Of a DNA stretch of 42,582 bases, positions 38,297-42,582 are shown piece by piece (position 1 is the first letter of the stretch; every line of letters begins with the position of its first letter). The notes beneath the pieces were generated by a model. That model was not told the origin of the DNA, did not search any database, and was given only the letters and a program-made list of their open reading frames with translations. The translations under genes were made by a program, and so were the position numbers. The stretch is from NCBI GenBank assembly GCA_025603075.1, contig MU626426.1, positions 1-42,582 on the forward strand. Reading direction: 5' to 3'. The stretch comes from Neoconidiobolus thromboides FSU 785 (taxonomy: Eukaryota > Fungi > Entomophthoromycota).

Positions 38297-40437
38297 TTGT
38301 TTAATATTTAATTACATATCAAATGATTTAAATAATAAATAATTTATTTCATTTATATTATTAAACTCCAATTCACTGACAAAGTCCAGTTTATAACAAT
38401 GTCATAATGTTATATTATGCTTCATATAAAATTTCAATAGCTTGTTGATCTTATAACTTGTTTCTTTCATTTGTTTAATACTACTATCAATTACTTCTCC
38501 AAAAAATAAAGCTTTACCATCTGCTGCAATCAACTAAATAAAATTTACATTTTATAAATTTTAGTACCTCATTTAATAACTAATTGAAATAGTAATATCG
38601 ATTTACTTACTATTTAGAACACCATGTGGACCTAATTTTAATGTTGATTTACTATTATCAAATTAGTAGTTTTATGTGTTTCTGGTTATTAAAATTAAAT
38701 TAACAAAGAAGTGAAAATCAATGGAGATAGTTATGAATCCGTTTTTTAAATATAATAAACAAACTACTTGACCTCAATATACTAGAACAAAGATCATACA
38801 TTATTAGAAGTAAAATAACAAGGATCATATAATGTTTGGGTAATTAATCTACTTGGTGGGTAAAATGTAATTGAGTCCAAAAAAGTCATCTTTGTAGCTG
38901 AATTAGAATCTGTTCATTTAAATTATCATAAAAATTACATCTTTATTTTTATTCTCCAAAAACTTAAAACTGTATATTTAATTTAATTAATAAATAAGGA
39001 AAATAATTAAACTATTAATTAGTATTAGGTACCTTTTTCAATAATAGCAATCAGAGTGAAAGGGTAATAATAAAACTAATAGACTAATCCTCTTAATAGT
39101 ATATAAAAGCAACGAAACCAAATGTAATAGAGTTTATCAATTATATCAAGAATAGTATAGTTATAGTATCAAATAGAGCCTTATTTTTGTACGATTTTGC
39201 ATCTTCATTATATAGAGATTTACTCATAAAATTGAAAACACTCTTTAAGTTCCCAAGTGAATAAATATTGATATAATAAGGAGGATAATATTATGACAGA
39301 AGTCATAATTGGGACCTTAAATTAGCGCAAAAGATTTCAAGAAAAGTAGTTACTAGTTTTTTTGTTTTCATAAGCAGGAGCTGATGATCAAATTAGTTAT
39401 TTTTGTAGCCAACTAGTCAACTAAAGCCAGATTCAGTAATTTTTCATATCTCTTAAATGACCTTATTAATGTCTTAACTAGAATGGGGAGTTATTAATCA
39501 AGCCAAATGTTATTCGATTCTTTTATAATAAATAAACTAAATACTGTCTGACACGCATTATTTTATATTTGATTTTTAGTAATAAATTTAATGATAGTTT
39601 ACATTTACTAGTGTTTTTGGAACTATAAAGGAGTTGAAGGATTTCAATGTATTGTAAATAATCCAAGTAGTTTCTAAAAAGGAATAAAAAGCAAACTAAA
39701 GTGTGAAAAGTTATTATTTATTTTCAATTGACGTTAATATATAATATAATCCACTATAGTGTTTTTACTTGACATCATTTAAGAAAAGTATCACTTTAAT
39801 AATATTTAACAAGTTGATATAATTAAAGCAATCTGCCACTCTGGCAATATGTGGTAATGTGGGGTTATTTAAAGCATTTTATTGTTTTAATAATCGGCGA
39901 CAATAATGATATCATCGAGAGTAGCCCATTGTTTTGGTATTCTACGGCAGCAACTGTGTCATTTTTAGCAATTCATTAACATTGAAAGACTATTGAAATT
40001 ATTGCGAAACTTAAAATAGCATACTAAGTCCTAGGGAAAAATCCGACCATTGATCAGATTTCTTTCTGTAAGGCTGTCTCAGTTTGATGCTCTATATGAT
40101 CCATCCAATTACCTGTAAACTTTATAACCTCTCAGAATAGTGCTAGTAGCTTGAGTAGATTTTTCACTCGCCCATATTTTATTACATACTTAAATATGTT
40201 ATTATAGGCATACTTTTAAAATTATTAGATCAAATCGATATGCTTCAATAGCATTTTTTCAAATTCAATGTTAAAGCACTGCAGTTTTATTTAATTTTAA
40301 AAGATGAAGATTGAGGAAAGAAATCGAAAAAGAAGAGGCCATCTAGCTTTAGGATTACAGCTGAAAGGTATTCAGAATTGGGGGTATCGGTGATTGGACT
40401 TAAGACACTATAGAGCTTATGCGCTCTTAGAGAATCA

Positions 40438-40542
40438 TATGGAGATGTTTTTTGTGTTTAAGAATTTTACTAACAATCTTCCCACTCAAATAGCACTTAA
40501 AAAATAGAAAAAATAATGAAATCAAAAAAACCATTCCCAATA
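40438..40542 (-). mobile_element. MITE copy L (reverse orientation)
   Basis: TATGGAGATG...CATTCCCAATA. Confidence 0.85.
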
Positions 40543-42320
40543 TTTTAAACATTTTCATAATTTGCAAAACTAAATTAGGGCTTTTGTTTAAAAATGTATA
40601 TTGAAAAATAATGTTAACCCAGTTAAAGCAATGGTAGTATTAATAATATTGAGACCATGAAAACAATTCTCTCTTACTGAAAACTAAAGGTTTTTTATTA
40701 TAACGATTACATTAAAGTATATATAACTAAATTTAATCTTATAGTTTTTTGGCTCTTTAAAATCTAGATTTACTCTAGTACACAGCGAAAAATATTAAAA
40801 ACAAAAAAGTTACTAAAGAATAAAAATTAAGGTATTCATTATAATTAGCTATTCTTTTACATGTCAAAATATCAAAAATTCTTTTGCTGTTTTGAATTTA
40901 TTTAGTTTATTACTCTTTTACTTTCCCAATATTACTTTATATAATAATAAGTATAGACATCCTAACAAAAATTGACATACAAATTATATTTTGATATAAA
41001 ATAGTAATATGATAAATTATTATTGTGCTTTATTAGTTGTTTATAACGTTAATTGGTAATCCTGAATCGATTATATTAACGGCTGGGTGAATTCCATTAT
41101 ATATTATTAAGGGATATTATTTATTAGCCATAACATTTACATTCAAATAGAATTTTTAGAATAAAAGCTTTTAAAGGTTCAAAATCTAGAAGGTTAAAAT
41201 TGCTTTTCAGCTCAATATAATGTTCGATGCTGCAATACCTGATAGGTTAATCTTATTCAATAGCCACAAGTAAGTATATTAAGGAAAGTGGAATAAATAA
41301 TATGGTAGCTCTATACTTCGGCTTAACCAAAATATGAGTTATTCTTTATTCTTTGTATTTATTTATAGAAAAGATATATTTTGATTAGGTAAAAATAATT
41401 TATTATAATTTTGACATTTGGATAATAGATGATGTTATATTACTTTTTCGAATTGATATAATATAGAAATATGGGATGATATTTAATTACATAAACTACA
41501 AGAATAAAAAGGATGTGTAAAAAATTAACAAACTTAGTTGGTGTATCTATTGAACATAGCTATCTTGAATAAATGTTTTAAACTTTAGCATAATAATATT
41601 ATGAAAAAGCACTTTAAGCTTTAAAGTTGATAGTGAATTATAAGCAAACAATATATAAGACTTAGAACAATTAATCAAAGTAAGAATAATAAAGAATAAT
41701 CTATTAAATATTAAATAAGCTATATAGAATAGTTATCTTTGAAATTACTAAAATAATATAAACCCTGTAAGCATTAAATTAATAAGCAAAGAGCGCGCTA
41801 TAGTTTAAAATATTCAAGCGCTGTTATATATCAATAAAAGATACTTAAAATAGTTTCAAATAAAGTAATGAATAACTTGTTTATTAGAACATTTTTTGAT
41901 TTATTACTTTCCATTTCATCGTTTTTTCTTAGTATAGTTATAATACTTTTAGTTTTACAAAACAGATGGATAAATCTTTTAAAAAGTATTATGAAGCAAG
42001 AAATCCGATATTCTATTAAAGCTTCTATTTAACTTGATAATTTTATAAAGTAAAGTATCAAATTACTTGTTATGTATTATAAATATTGAGTATTCAATCA
42101 AAGTATTATAATTCGTATAGTAAATTTATAAAGCATTAAATTACTTATTATGAAAAATAATGTCAATAATTTAATAATGTTCTTGGTAGATAAAAACAAC
42201 AAAAACTTAATATAAATTATAAAAACATTCAAAAACAAAAGGTATATAAACACAGCATTTGAAGAAAAAACAAAGTATCAAATTTAGATTAGATTACAAA
42301 TTAACTTTGGTTTTTAAAAA

Positions 42321-42582
42321 ATGAATTTCAAATTCACTATTACTTTAGCTTTACTTGATTTAGTAGCTAGTGCTTCTGTCTGTCCTACTGCTAAAACCCT
42401 TGCCAAAGACATGGAAGGTCTCTATCGTCAAGATAAAACTGGTGTTACTGAAGTTATCTTTGGTTTTTATCATCAAATGCAATTAGATGGTAATGGCAAC
42501 TATTACATATATAAGGATTTCTATTGTCCAGAAGGTACCCATTGTCCGATCCCTTTTGCTCCAACTTACCCTACTAAAGGTA
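42321..42582 (+). CDS. Putative secreted protein of unknown family, 5' part only (runs off the window)
   Basis: Open frame from ATG 42321 to the window end: MNFKFTITLALLDLVASASVCPTAKTLAKDMEGLYRQDKTGVTEVIFGFYHQMQLDGNGNYYIYKDFYCPEGTHCPIPFAPTYPTKG; signal-peptide-like N-terminus and codon usage like DPP5 (GGT/ACT/GCT). Confidence 0.75.
   Translation, partial: MNFKFTITLALLDLVASASVCPTAKTLAKDMEGLYRQDKTGVTEVIFGFYHQMQLDGNGNYYIYKDFYCPEGTHCPIPFAPTYPTKG

Noticed and set aside
41888-41915. Possible 16th, highly degenerate MITE fragment (catttttt gatttattactttcca)
   Set aside because: No TIR and under 30 bp of low-complexity similarity

Overview
AT-rich eukaryotic window with short (about 44-95 nt) GT-AG introns, consistent with an early-diverging fungus (lineage is inference only). 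Genes in order: a 5'-degenerate Zn-ADH pseudogene cut by the window start, an OSCA/TMEM63 (RSN1/PHM7-like) channel, RPL5, secreted dipeptidyl-peptidase V, CHO2, AAR2, an Asterix-like small membrane protein, a stand-alone C2 protein, tRNA-His, an HMG-box protein, a LAMMER kinase, an MFS transporter, an ALDH8A1-like dehydrogenase, then a roughly 10 kb gene-poor tract and the 5' end of an unrecognised secreted protein. Two main signals are not in the ORF track. First, a double-guide box C/D snoRNA (snR60/SNORD80-like, 25S Am817 + Gm908 equivalents) lies in RPL5 intron 2. Second, a family of about 103-bp TA-flanked MITEs has 15 copies (14 near full-length, 1 partial), including a 7-copy cluster, a head-to-tail pair sharing one TA, an inverted pair with a 69-bp identical core, and a CpG->TpG/CpA decay pattern. 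Exon coordinates were derived by hand.
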